Positions 54,184 through 64,000 are shown, numbered from the stretch's first letter. The stretch: DNA of 64,000 nt from Obrimoposthia wandeli (GCA_977020255.1 CDROCS010000506.1:2666001-2730000), one strand, 5' to 3'. Program-made: numbers and translations. The notes: generated from the sequence alone by a model not told the origin.

Positions 54184-54933
54184 CTAATCAGTCGACAGCT
54201 CCGATGCTGCAATTAGTGCTGGTGGCGTATCATCTTTAATGACCGAAACAACGGTGGTGATATCACTTTCAACTACCCAACGTACATTAAAATCATATAA
54301 CTTCACCCCATACTCCTGACGCGTGGTTTTATTCTTTTTGTAAGCAGGGCGTGGATCTTGCGCTAATACCTGCGCAATAAAGTCGCGTAATTCTGGGTGT
54401 TTTTTATGCTGGGCATCTATTTGGTTTACCGCTTCATCAGTAAACAAGACCGGCATATCTGCAATTGGTGCGTCACTGGCATAACCGGCTTGGGCATCCG
54501 CTAAACTATCGGCGTAAGGCACATAGGGTTTGATATCTAAAATCGGTGTACCGTCGACTAGGTCAATACCAGATAGATTCAAAATACACTGATTGTTCTT
54601 AATGCTAATACCATCTAATTTCGCTACCGATAATCCTAATGGATTGGGGCGAAATGTAGAGCGAGTAGCAAACACACCTAAGCGTTCGTTGCCGCCTAAG
54701 CGTGGTGGGCGCACCGTCGGGTTCCAGCCTTTATCCATGGTTTCATGAAACGCAAAAATCAGCCAAACATGGCTAAACTGTTCAATGCCACGTAATGCAT
54801 CGGCTTCATCATACGGCGGGCTTAAGATAAGTTGTGCTTTAGCTGCCGACACTAAACCTGGTTGGCGGGGCACGGCAAATTTTTCTTTATATGGGGTATG
54901 GATGATCCCAACAGTATCGAATTCAAATTTCAT
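54184..54933 (-). CDS. tsaA: tRNA-Thr t6A N6-methyltransferase TrmO
   Basis: EKFAVPRQPG, VRPPRLGGN, FATRSTFRPNP, DGTPILDIKPY. Confidence 0.95.
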   Translation of the reverse strand: MKFEFDTVGIIHTPYKEKFAVPRQPGLVSAAKAQLILSPPYDEADALRGIEQFSHVWLIFAFHETMDKGWNPTVRPPRLGGNERLGVFATRSTFRPNPLGLSVAKLDGISIKNNQCILNLSGIDLVDGTPILDIKPYVPYADSLADAQAGYASDAPIADMPVLFTDEAVNQIDAQHKKHPELRDFIAQVLAQDPRPAYKKNKTTRQEYGVKLYDFNVRWVVESDITTVVSVIKDDTPPALIAASELSTD

Positions 54934-55322
54934 TATTGGCTATCGTCACTGCTGCTTGCCAAAGGTGTTACCTTGATCGCATCACCATAACAGAGGTAAC
55001 TACTCAAGCAGGCTTTTGAAGCGGGTGGGGCAATGCACGAGCGAATAATAATCCCATTGGCATTGAGTGCTGCGGCTTTGCGTTTCGCGGCTATTTTCGC
55101 TTGTTGTTCTTCTGCTGGTGGTAGGTTGTCAGCTGTTTGGCAGCTTTCGCCTTCGACTAGGCCTAATTGTTCAACGTGGCTACGTTGTAGTGAACTAGTG
55201 GTGTAATAATCGACATCCGAAACGGCAAAATAATCGGTGAAGTTGTCTTTATCTAAATTGGTCTGTAGTGGGTAAGTGCTGCAGCCGCTTAAGAGTATGG
55301 TCAGTAATAATAAATATTTCAT
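54933..55322 (-). CDS. rcsF: RcsF-like lipoprotein
   Basis: Lipobox LSGC, four Cys, LGLVEGESCQ; rcsF-tsaA-proS synteny. Confidence 0.75.
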   Translation of the reverse strand: MKYLLLLTILLSGCSTYPLQTNLDKDNFTDYFAVSDVDYYTTSSLQRSHVEQLGLVEGESCQTADNLPPAEEQQAKIAAKRKAAALNANGIIIRSCIAPPASKACLSSYLCYGDAIKVTPLASSSDDSQ

Positions 55323-55528
55323 GGCATGTTATCGAGTGAAATTATGTTTTAATTATAATTCTATCACTGACTTAAAGACATTTATTTTTAGCCTGATTAG
55401 CTGTCTATATTGTTTTATTGAGTCGTGTTATTGGCATTACAGATGAATAATTATGGTTTTTACTAGATAGCTCGGGATTTATAGTCTTAACTTATATTGG
55501 ATAAACGCAATATGAGGGAAGCAATACG

Positions 55529-56332
55529 ATGAGAAACACACGCTGTATTATCACGCTATTATGTTCACTAAGTTTAGTCAGTATTAGTTTATCTGCCCAT
55601 GCGGGGATCGATAAAATACGCCTCACAACCGAAGAACGTAGCTACCTTACCAGTCGCGCGCCGATCAAACTTTGCATCGACCCGAACTGGATGCCTTATG
55701 AAGCGTGGGATCCTAAGCTTGGTTATGTTGGTATTGCAGCGGATTATGTCGCGGTATTTTCGCAGATGTTAGATGTCGAGTTTGAAGTCAGAGAGACTGA
55801 TACTTGGCAGCAAAGTTTAGATGTCACCCGCAGTGGTGGCTGTGATGTATTGTCCTTTCTTAATCAAACCCCGAGACGCTCACAATGGCTGCTCTTTACG
55901 ACACCCTATGTTGAAGCCGAGGCTGCATTAGCGACGTTGAAAAACGTGCATGGGATCCGTAATTTAAAATCATTACGTGGTAAAACCGTCGCTGTTGTTG
56001 AGGGTTATGTTTATGAAGAATACCTGCGTAGTAACTATCCGAGAGTCATTGTGAGTCGAGTCGATAACACGGATGAAGCACTGCAAAAAACCGCTGACGG
56101 TGAAATTGTCGCGACCATCGAATCGTTATTTGTACTGCGTTACAAAATTGCCAAACTCGGATTGAAGAATTTAACGGTATCGGGGCGTACTAAATACGTG
56201 AATCGCTATCGTTTTGGGGTTCGCAAAGACCAAGCTATGCTACGCAAGATATTAGATAAAGCGATAATGCAAATTGAACCTAAAGTGGAAAACAAAATTT
56301 TACGAAAATGGAGTTTAGAGCATAACTATTGA
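55529..56332 (+). CDS. Stand-alone periplasmic solute-binding (family 3) domain protein
   Basis: Signal peptide, IDPNWMPYE, TPRRSQWLLFTTPY. Confidence 0.8.
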   Translation: MRNTRCIITLLCSLSLVSISLSAHAGIDKIRLTTEERSYLTSRAPIKLCIDPNWMPYEAWDPKLGYVGIAADYVAVFSQMLDVEFEVRETDTWQQSLDVTRSGGCDVLSFLNQTPRRSQWLLFTTPYVEAEAALATLKNVHGIRNLKSLRGKTVAVVEGYVYEEYLRSNYPRVIVSRVDNTDEALQKTADGEIVATIESLFVLRYKIAKLGLKNLTVSGRTKYVNRYRFGVRKDQAMLRKILDKAIMQIEPKVENKILRKWSLEHNY

Positions 56333-56427
56333 TTTTTTAGCTAAAATTTATCCGTTATCCAAGGTAAACTAGTCGATTAACCCACAAGCTGGGTATTCAT
56401 CTTGATATTTAACGAAGAGAATTTAGC

Positions 56428-56778
56428 ATGATAGAACGTATGGAAACTAAACCAAGAATGAGCCGTATTGTAAAGCACAATGGCACTATCTACTTATGTG
56501 GCCAAGTATGCGCAGATGCAACGTATGGTATTAAAGAACAAACTGAAACCATGCTAGCAAAAGTAACTGAACTATTAGAACAAGCTGGTAGTGATAAAAA
56601 ACATATGTTGTCAGCAACGATTTATATTAAAGAGATGACAGATTTTGCTGAAATGAATGCAGTGTGGGATGCTTGGGTTCCTGCTGGTTATGCTCCTGCA
56701 CGCGCATGTGTGCAAGCAAGTATGGCGCGTGAAGCGTTATTAGTTGAGATTTCAGTAGTAGCTGCAGAGATCGTATAA
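56428..56778 (+). CDS. RidA/YoaB family protein
   Basis: [16 protein letters not shown]...[13 protein letters not shown]. Confidence 0.92.
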   Translation: MIERMETKPRMSRIVKHNGTIYLCGQVCADATYGIKEQTETMLAKVTELLEQAGSDKKHMLSATIYIKEMTDFAEMNAVWDAWVPAGYAPARACVQASMAREALLVEISVVAAEIV

Positions 56779-57132
56779 GCGATACACGTTATATTCAGCT
56801 TATAAAGCTGTGCAATAGCATAAAGAACAAGGGCAAAGGATATGGGTTAAGTTAACAAATAGCTTAGCTTCGATTCATTGCTCTTACGTTCCTCTACTCT
56901 TTACACTTCTATTACTCCCCCTCTTTATTTTATTCACATTCTATTTTGTTTGTTACATTTACTTAAATATCATTTTTTTTAGCATTATTTTATTAATATC
57001 TCACTTCACAGTTTATTGTTTTAACGTAACTGAAATTGAAATCCGGAAGATCTTTAGATTCAGATCAAATGTAGCTTGTTTAAATCGCGCTAGCATAACT
57101 CTAAATGAGTATTTATTTGAGGCGAACTCTTT

Positions 57133-58023
57133 ATGTTAACGTTTAGATTTAAAACAGTATTACGATCGATAAATTTATCCTATTTTTTGCTTACACTTGT
57201 CTGTGTGTTTCTTGGTTTTAGCGCTGTGGTTGCAAACCATGATGATGTGAATGGTTATGTATTAATTGCAGCTTGTATCGCAGCATTTGTCGGTCATGTC
57301 AGTATTTGCACATTCCATGAGTATTCTGATCTAAAGCATTGCTGGGCATTTAAAGCCAACAGTAAGCAACATCGAGGTTATCCGCGCGCACGCGATCAAG
57401 TGAACTCGGCATTCTTAGTCGGTGTTATTGCATTGGTTGTGAGCTTGTTATGTGGTTTATTTTTGGTCATGCAATTTGGTTTAGGCATCTTGCCTGTGGG
57501 CATTGTCGGTTTGATGCTCTTGCTTAGTTACAGCAGCATTATTAAAAAGCACCCGATTTATTCGTTATTGGCACCTGGTTTTGGTTTTGCATTATTAATT
57601 ATATTAGGCACCGAATTTGTGTTGGTCGGTCAGTATACGCAGCTGGTTTGGGTGATTGCTTTGATCCCATTTTTCTTGGTGAACAACTTATGGTTACTGA
57701 ATAACTATGGCGATATTAAAGCGTCAGCAGACGAAGATAAAGCGCAAGACTTCCCAATGGCGTATGGCATCAAAGTTAGTAACTATGTCTATGCTGTGTT
57801 TGCGACATTGGCGATAGCACTGATTATTAGTTATGTCGTGATTGGTTATTTACCGGTATTGAGTTTGATTGCATTAGTGCCTATGCCGTTAGCATTTTAT
57901 GCGCTGTATGGTGGTATTAAATTTGGTCAGGATATTGGCCAGAAACCTCAGTTTTTACGTTCAAACTTGATCGCGGCTGTTGCAACACCGGCGTTATTGG
58001 GGTTAACACTGATTTTAGATTAG
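57133..58023 (+). CDS. UbiA/MenA-family prenyltransferase-like membrane protein
   Basis: Multi-TM, LVNNLWLLNNYGDI motif; first Asp-rich motif atypical. Confidence 0.65.
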   Translation: MLTFRFKTVLRSINLSYFLLTLVCVFLGFSAVVANHDDVNGYVLIAACIAAFVGHVSICTFHEYSDLKHCWAFKANSKQHRGYPRARDQVNSAFLVGVIALVVSLLCGLFLVMQFGLGILPVGIVGLMLLLSYSSIIKKHPIYSLLAPGFGFALLIILGTEFVLVGQYTQLVWVIALIPFFLVNNLWLLNNYGDIKASADEDKAQDFPMAYGIKVSNYVYAVFATLAIALIISYVVIGYLPVLSLIALVPMPLAFYALYGGIKFGQDIGQKPQFLRSNLIAAVATPALLGLTLILD

Positions 58024-58153
58024 ATTTAGATGAGGCTGGATTTGCTCTGGTCGATCGTACTTATCGTATTAAGTCGATAATGACCACCCACACGTATATT
58101 AATGTGGGTGGTTTGTTAGCTATTAATCAATTCATCTATTTATGAATAATTGA

Positions 58154-58582
58154 CTACGCAGTTTGTGCGAATGCTAAGTATTTAGCATCGTCGTCACCGA
58201 AGATCTCTGCGCCTTCAGCTTCAAATGCTTTTGCTAATTGTTCTTTAGCTGGTTCCATATTGCCTAGTTCAAAGTGTGCTTGACCTAAACGCAGGTGTAA
58301 ATAAGGATTTACTGCACCTTCAGGGCATAACATCGCAAAACCAGTCGCTTCTTCTAATGAAGCCCAGTCACCTAGCATGAAGTGAGCGTCACCTAACGCA
58401 GTTAGGATCCAAGTTGAAACATTCCAATGGATCTTAGGTTCAGGAACAAGATCATAAGCTTGCATAAAGGTCTCGATTGCTGTTTCGTATTGCTCAGATT
58501 CGAGTTGCTCTTCACCTTTCTCACAAATGATTTCAATTTTTTTAAATAGCGTAGGGTCAAGTGCTGTCTTGGTTGCTGTCAT
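58154..58582 (-). CDS. TPR-repeat protein
   Basis: AYDLVPEPK..W..STWILTALGDAHF, YLHLRLGQAHFELG. Confidence 0.8.
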   Translation of the reverse strand: MTATKTALDPTLFKKIEIICEKGEEQLESEQYETAIETFMQAYDLVPEPKIHWNVSTWILTALGDAHFMLGDWASLEEATGFAMLCPEGAVNPYLHLRLGQAHFELGNMEPAKEQLAKAFEAEGAEIFGDDDAKYLAFAQTA

Positions 58583-58741
58583 CTTATTTCCGTAATAAAA
58601 GCCTGATAGGGTCATCAGAGATATGTATTGTCTAAGTATATCGTATTGCAGCACAGATATTGTAAAAAAATGGCTAAAAGTGAAATCAACGAGCTCAACG
58701 ACTAAACTTAAAGAGTTAGTCGAACTTAATGAGGTGTTTCT

Positions 58742-60136
58742 ATGGAAAGTACCAACAGTAAAGTTTTCATTCTCGATACCAATGTGTTGTTGCACGCCCC
58801 CTTGTCTATCTTCACCTTTCAAGAACATGATGTCATGATCCCGATGACAGTGTTAGAAGAGCTCGATAATATCAAAGATCGAGGAAGAGACGTTAGTCGT
58901 GATGCGCGCGTGGCGATCCGAGCGTTAGAAGATATTTTTTCAAATGCGACCCCCGAAGAAATTAGTGAGGGTGTGCCACTGCAAAAAGTCGAAAGTAAAA
59001 ATAAGCTGGGTAAGATCTCTATTTTTGCCGATCACAGTGTCATGAAGCAAGATGCTTTTTTTACTGATAACGAACCTGATAATCGTATTATTAACGCGGC
59101 GTTGTTCTTACAAAGTCAGTCTGAACGCGAAATCGTGTTGGTAACCAAAGATATTAATATGCGCTTGAAAGCCAAAGGCGCAGGATTAAGGTTTGTTGAA
59201 GATTACCGTTCTGATCAATTGATCGAAGATATTAAGTTTTTGGCCACTGGGTTTCATAAATTTACTGGCGACTTCTGGCAAGAGATCAACGAATGCCACA
59301 GTGAAAGCATGAAAAGTGAAACCATGGGGTCAAAGACCATTCATACGGTGGAAACGGAACAGCTGCAAGATACTTTTATTAACCAGTACTTGATTGATGA
59401 AACCGATCATTTTGCGGCGCGTGTGGTGGGTAAAGATAAGGGCGAGATCAGCTTTGTTGATTTAGGTCGTGAACGTCTGATGTCGCAAAAAGCTTGGGGT
59501 ATTCACCCGAAGAATATTTATCAAGGTATGGCGATGGAAGCGCTGCTTAATCCGCACATTGATTTGGTTATTTTAACTGGGCCTGCGGGTAGTGGTAAAA
59601 CCATATTAGCGATGGCTGCTGCGCTGGAACAAGTGATTGAACGCAAGATGTTTGATAAGATCATTGTGACGCGTAACACCCCTGAAATAGCCGAGAGTAT
59701 TGGTTTCTTACCGGGTACCGAGGAAGAGAAAATGTTGCCTTGGTTAGCGGCGATCACCGATACCTTGGAAGTATTACATAAACACGATGAGTGCAAAGAT
59801 GGCTCGGTGGAATATATTAAAGAAAAAGCTAATTTGCAGTTTAAGTCGGTTAACTTTATGCGTGGTCGTTCGATCCAAAATGCCTTTGTGTTGTTGGATG
59901 AGTGTCAGAATCTTACCGCAGCGCAATTGAAAACCATTATTACCCGTTGTGGTGAAGGTACTAAGATTGTCTGTTCAGGTAATCTATCGCAAATTGATAG
60001 CAGTTATTTAACCGCAGTGACTTCGGGCTTGACCTATGTGGTGGAGCGTTTTAAAAACTTTGATGGTAGTGCTAACGTGTTCTTAAAAGGTGTGCAGCGT
60101 AGTCGCCTTGCGTCTTTTGCAGAACATAATATGTAG
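58742..60136 (+). CDS. PhoH family protein with N-terminal PIN domain
   Basis: LDTNVLLH, DNRII, GPAGSGKT, MRGRS, DECQN. Confidence 0.93.
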   Translation: MESTNSKVFILDTNVLLHAPLSIFTFQEHDVMIPMTVLEELDNIKDRGRDVSRDARVAIRALEDIFSNATPEEISEGVPLQKVESKNKLGKISIFADHSVMKQDAFFTDNEPDNRIINAALFLQSQSEREIVLVTKDINMRLKAKGAGLRFVEDYRSDQLIEDIKFLATGFHKFTGDFWQEINECHSESMKSETMGSKTIHTVETEQLQDTFINQYLIDETDHFAARVVGKDKGEISFVDLGRERLMSQKAWGIHPKNIYQGMAMEALLNPHIDLVILTGPAGSGKTILAMAAALEQVIERKMFDKIIVTRNTPEIAESIGFLPGTEEEKMLPWLAAITDTLEVLHKHDECKDGSVEYIKEKANLQFKSVNFMRGRSIQNAFVLLDECQNLTAAQLKTIITRCGEGTKIVCSGNLSQIDSSYLTAVTSGLTYVVERFKNFDGSANVFLKGVQRSRLASFAEHNM

Positions 60137-60228
60137 TACGTCGGCTTATGTTTACGTGCAAATATTGACGTAAACATATAGATTTACACTAACATAGTAT
60201 TCATATATGTTATTTATATACATTATTC

Positions 60229-60501
60229 ATGGAAGCTATTATGCCAATTAAAATACTCACACCTTTGTTATTACTTAGTATTACAGCTTGTAGTTCGACA
60301 CCGCAAGAACCTATCGGTGGAGAGCTTGATGCTCATGGTTGCTTACCTGCCGCAGGTTATTTGTGGTGTGAACGTACACAAAGCTGCGAACGTTCATGGG
60401 AACTTGCTGATGCTGCCAAAATTACACACAGTGAAGCTGAAGTGAAGGCTTATTGTGAGATTATAGATAGTGATTTACTCAGTGATGATGACGAAGATTA
60501 A
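60229..60501 (+). CDS. Small Cys-rich lipoprotein
   Basis: Lipobox ITAC, GGELDAHGCLPAAGYLWCERTQSCERSWE. Confidence 0.7.
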   Translation: MEAIMPIKILTPLLLLSITACSSTPQEPIGGELDAHGCLPAAGYLWCERTQSCERSWELADAAKITHSEAEVKAYCEIIDSDLLSDDDED

Positions 60502-60571
60502 GGAGTTCAAATCGAGTCACTGACTATACCCGCGAATTGGCAGGCGTTAACGTAAATAATGTAAATTAAAT

Positions 60572-60590
60572 GCCAATGAAAACGATTATC
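60572..60590 (+). promoter_or_regulatory. Fur box
   Basis: GCCAATGAAAACGATTATC, 14/19 match to GATAATGATAATCATTATC. Confidence 0.65.
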
Positions 60591-60642
60591 AATTACATTG
60601 CTTGTACTTTAATCCCATAAACCAAGCAGTGTTATTACGATC

Positions 60643-61383
60643 ATGTCTTCTTTCAGTCAAACGCTTCCCCAGACACCTGATCAGGCACCCAATCAGACCA
60701 CTAATCAAAAACAGACAAGATCGAAAAACCAAGCTGCGACGGCAAAAAACAAAACCTTTCTAAAGAATAAACAAGTGCAAGTATGGGCACGTCGTCTGCA
60801 TATCTACATTTCGATGGCGCTATTACTGGTGGTATTGTTTTTCTCTATCACGGGTATCACCCTGAACCGCCCAAGCCTGTTTGTTGCTAGCCAAGCTGAT
60901 ATTGAAGAAACCATTCTGAGCTTACCGCAAGCCTTATTCAGCGATGCCAATGGCGCCGTTGCCGTCAATAAAGCCGGTATCGTTAGTTACCTTACCGATC
61001 ACGCGAACCTTTCTGGTCAACCTTCTGCATTAGATGTTTTTACTGAAATTGAAGATGGTGAATTAATCGAAGGCGAGATCGCCATGGACTACAAAGGCCC
61101 TGGTTATAACGTTGCTGTATTTATTGATATGACGACCACTGAAGCTGTGATTGAAAAGACTCACTATGGTGTGATTGCAGTATTAAACGATTTGCATAAA
61201 GGCCGTAATAGCGGCGATGTATGGAAATTATTTATCGATATTACCGCGCTGTTGATGGTGTTTTTTGTATTAACTGGCGTGTGTTTATTAGTACCCAAAA
61301 AGAAAACCTTCGCAACCTCATTAAAATGGACCTTGTTTGGTTCGCTCGTTACTTTGGCTATTTTTGTCGTGGCCGTTCCTTAA
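60643..61383 (+). CDS. PepSY-associated TM helix protein
   Basis: RRLHIYISM, SITGITLN, LNDLHKGRNSG. Confidence 0.85.
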   Translation: MSSFSQTLPQTPDQAPNQTTNQKQTRSKNQAATAKNKTFLKNKQVQVWARRLHIYISMALLLVVLFFSITGITLNRPSLFVASQADIEETILSLPQALFSDANGAVAVNKAGIVSYLTDHANLSGQPSALDVFTEIEDGELIEGEIAMDYKGPGYNVAVFIDMTTTEAVIEKTHYGVIAVLNDLHKGRNSGDVWKLFIDITALLMVFFVLTGVCLLVPKKKTFATSLKWTLFGSLVTLAIFVVAVP

Positions 61384-61392
61384 GGATCTTGT

Positions 61393-61938
61393 ATGACTTT
61401 GTTATTTAAACGTCTTGGTCAGTGCATAGCACTATCTATTGCATTATTAAGCAGCCTGTTCATTCCGACTTTTTCGGCAAGTGCTGCGCCAATCCCTGCT
61501 ACTGCTGAGCTAGCGGTTGAATTTAGCTTACCTAAGATTGATTCATCTATGTATGCACGCCCTTATGTGGCGGTATGGATCGAGAACTCGAAACGCAAAT
61601 CAGTGCGTACTGTCGAGCTATGGGTTGGTAAAGATGAATGGCTAAAGGATTTACGTAGCTGGTGGCGCAAAGTCGGTCGTTATGATCGTGCATTGGTTGA
61701 CGGCGTTACATCTGCAACACGTCCTGCCGGTGATTACCGTTTCACTTGGGATGGTTTAGATAATGATGGTAACCGCGTAGAAGCGGGCAAGTATACATTT
61801 TATGTTGAAGTAGTACGTGAACACGGCGGCCGTAATTTCATCCGCCAAAAAATGACGTTAGGTGACAAGCCATTTAGTCACACCATTGCACCGACCGAAG
61901 AAACGGGCGATATCCGTATCAACTACCTAATTAAATAA
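61393..61938 (+). CDS. DUF2271 family periplasmic protein
   Basis: RPYVAVWIE, WLKDLRSWWR, VDGVTSATR, VVREHGG. Confidence 0.85.
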   Translation: MTLLFKRLGQCIALSIALLSSLFIPTFSASAAPIPATAELAVEFSLPKIDSSMYARPYVAVWIENSKRKSVRTVELWVGKDEWLKDLRSWWRKVGRYDRALVDGVTSATRPAGDYRFTWDGLDNDGNRVEAGKYTFYVEVVREHGGRNFIRQKMTLGDKPFSHTIAPTEETGDIRINYLIK

Positions 61939-61953
61939 TATAGCGAGAAGATA

Positions 61954-62790
61954 ATGTCTAAAATCAATAAGTTTAAAGTATTAGGTTTAGCCTGTACGGT
62001 TATCGCAGGACTAGCTGCTACAACAACGGCTAACGCACACCCACGTTGGGTATTACCATCGCATTTTACTGTATCAAAAGAAGGTGGTGATTGGTTAACG
62101 TTTGACGTAACTGCATCACACGGTACGTTCGTATTTGATAAGCCTGCTGGCAGTGAATTTGCACAAGTGGTTATGCCTGATGGCCGTAAAGAACGTCCTA
62201 ACTTTGTGATCCGCGGTAAACGTCGTTCTATCTTTGACTTCTACTTTGAAGAAGAAGGTACGCATAAAGTCGCGATTAACAATGTACCGTCTTATTACAC
62301 GGCTTATAAAGCAGGCCGTCGCGACACGGTTAAACGCCTTCAAGCCAACAAAGCAGAACGTGCAAACTTACTGCCAGAAAAAGCACGCGATGTGAGCACG
62401 CAATTGAGCTACACACGTGCAGAAAGCTATGTAACGGTTGGTATGCCAACAGAAAAAGCATTAGAAATCGAAGGTAAATACCTTGAAATGCGTCCACTGA
62501 CTCACCCATCAGACATTGTTGAAGGTGAAGAGGTTAGCTTCCAATTCTTCTTTAATGGCGAACCACAATCAGGTGTTACTGCGGATATTACCCGTGAAGG
62601 TACGTTATACCGTAATCACCAAGAGCAGATTGACGTAGTGAGTGACAAAGACGGTAAAGTAACTTTCACACCGAATGTTGCAGGTCGTTACTTGATGAAA
62701 GCCAATTATAAAGGTGAGTTGAAAAATGATCCTATGGCTGACAAAGCAAGTGTGAACGTACACTTTACCTTTGAAGCGTTACTACAGTAA
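61954..62790 (+). CDS. DUF4198 family periplasmic protein
   Basis: Signal peptide then AHPRWVLP; LEMRPLTHP; FFFNGEP. Confidence 0.8.
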   Translation: MSKINKFKVLGLACTVIAGLAATTTANAHPRWVLPSHFTVSKEGGDWLTFDVTASHGTFVFDKPAGSEFAQVVMPDGRKERPNFVIRGKRRSIFDFYFEEEGTHKVAINNVPSYYTAYKAGRRDTVKRLQANKAERANLLPEKARDVSTQLSYTRAESYVTVGMPTEKALEIEGKYLEMRPLTHPSDIVEGEEVSFQFFFNGEPQSGVTADITREGTLYRNHQEQIDVVSDKDGKVTFTPNVAGRYLMKANYKGELKNDPMADKASVNVHFTFEALLQ

Positions 62791-62915
62791 TTTTCACTAC
62801 TGTGAGTTAGTTACCTTTAGCCTGTAATTAGATGAGATCTGATTACAGGCTTTTTCGCTCTATTTATTTATCGACTTATCTATTTTGTATGAGTCTATTT
62901 CGTATTGAGGTTTTC

Positions 62916-63245
62916 ATGACAAAAATGGCAATCAAACCGACGCTGCTAGCGCTTTCATTAATGACGGGTTTATTTTCAGGTACCGCAAGTGCGCATTTCC
63001 CATTAATGAATTGCTGGTTCGAATCTGACAAAGTCGCTTGCGAAGCGGGCTACAGTGATGCCAGTACGGCAGTGGATTACGCTGTAAATATGTATGACTA
63101 CGATGACAACTTAATTGCCAAAGGCATGACGGATAAGCGCTCAATTGCTGAGTTTAGCAAGCCTGATACTGACTTCTATTTAGTATTCGATGCTGGTCAT
63201 GAAAACCCTGTTGAAGTTGACGTTGTTGAGATTAGCGAAAAATGA
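62916..63245 (+). CDS. Small periplasmic protein resembling Pseudomonas FpvJ
   Basis: AHFPLMNC...CEAGYSD...FYLVFDAGH; resemblance recalled, not searched. Confidence 0.6.
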   Translation: MTKMAIKPTLLALSLMTGLFSGTASAHFPLMNCWFESDKVACEAGYSDASTAVDYAVNMYDYDDNLIAKGMTDKRSIAEFSKPDTDFYLVFDAGHENPVEVDVVEISEK

Positions 63246-63880
63246 TCAGTCAATCAGTTCATCCAGATGATGGCGGTCGTGAAGGTAAATGGGTGGCGTT
63301 AATCATCATTGCCATTCTTGCAACGGCTGCACTGTTGTTACCTTATCACCAAAATGCATCAAGCGAAAAACAGCTCGCGCGTCATCAAATATCGATTAAA
63401 GATCTACCCACTGTAGAACTGGCGATGATCGGCGAATTACGCTTAGCGCATGAAGAAATCCGTAATATTCATCAAGACAATCTTGAGTTAGACAGCCCTG
63501 AGCTAGAAAGTGCTGAACTTAAAAGTAGAGATACTTGGCCGGATATGGCTGAACTAGATGAGCTGTGGTTAGCGCCCTTTATCATCGATAAAAGCTGGGA
63601 ACGTAAAGGTAAGCATGCGTGGCGTAAAGTTGCTCCGGCGTTATATCAAGGTATTCCAGCACTCACAACGGGTAGCGTTGCGGTGATATTGAATAGCCAA
63701 GCTGCAAGACCAGATGTGTGGTTAGCATTAGATATGCCAAATCCTGCGCCAATGATGGGCAGCACGCTTAATACCGCCGAGCTTATCAGTGCAGGTTGGA
63801 AGCAAGTTGTATTTACGGGTGATGAGACTGCTAATGTAGATCATGCCGATACAGCGCATACCGATAAAGACAGTCACTAA
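63242..63880 (+). CDS. DUF6162/FpvK-like membrane-anchored protein
   Basis: VHPDDGGRE + TM, ELRLAHEEI, WLAPF, GKHAW; resemblance recalled. Confidence 0.6.
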   Translation: MISQSVHPDDGGREGKWVALIIIAILATAALLLPYHQNASSEKQLARHQISIKDLPTVELAMIGELRLAHEEIRNIHQDNLELDSPELESAELKSRDTWPDMAELDELWLAPFIIDKSWERKGKHAWRKVAPALYQGIPALTTGSVAVILNSQAARPDVWLALDMPNPAPMMGSTLNTAELISAGWKQVVFTGDETANVDHADTAHTDKDSH

Positions 63881-63912
63881 AGCGTAACGTCAGTTAATAA
63901 TGGAACGTAGCT

Positions 63913-64000
63913 ATGTTAATTACAAAAATGTTAATTACAAAAATGCCAATTACAAGAATGAAAAATAAAACCATGAAAAATCTAATCGTCGCAATCACTA
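63913..64000 (+). CDS. Start of next operon gene (truncated), probably a metal ABC solute-binding protein
   Basis: In-frame ATG ladder leading into MKNLIVAIT signal-peptide-like start; identity inferred from operon context. Confidence 0.4.
   Translation, partial: MLITKMLITKMPITRMKNKTMKNLIVAIT

Overview
Mostly core chromosome of an AT-rich marine gammaproteobacterium. The gene content and style suggest Moritella or a Vibrionales/Alteromonadales relative; this is an inference, not a search result. Left to right: type IV pilus pilY1-pilE, glnB, alaS-aspartokinase-csrA, a tRNA array (2x Ser-GCT, 6x Arg-ACG), yqaA, an M16 peptidase, gshA, luxS, purD/purH, plsY/folB/folK/uppP/cca, exeAB, a flavin oxidoreductase, srmB, a lone inverse-autotransporter barrel, trmN6, brnQ, purA, ispB, rplU-rpmA-obgE, an NCS2 permease, arsR-HD-zntA, a GGDEF protein, a Kef-type antiporter, a patatin, an orphan pilin, proS, tsaA, rcsF, ridA, a MenA-like gene, phoH and a Fur-boxed metal-uptake operon cut by the window end. 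No transposase, phage or CRISPR is evident. The unusual signals are non-coding. (1) A predicted ~1.03-kb CsrB-type RNA (28.6-29.65 kb) is built from 16 tandem ~50-bp units and carries 78 GGA motifs by my count, with IHF and GacA/UvrY half-sites upstream and a terminator downstream. (2) Two tandem ~50-nt sigmaE-promoter sRNA candidates sit in the gshA-luxS gap, the MicA position, with a seed complementary to AUGAAAAAA starts. Also notable: a CCA enzyme with an eroded HD domain, structured leaders before purH and the purine permease, a MITE-like 159-bp element, and an FpvJ/FpvK-like iron-handling operon.
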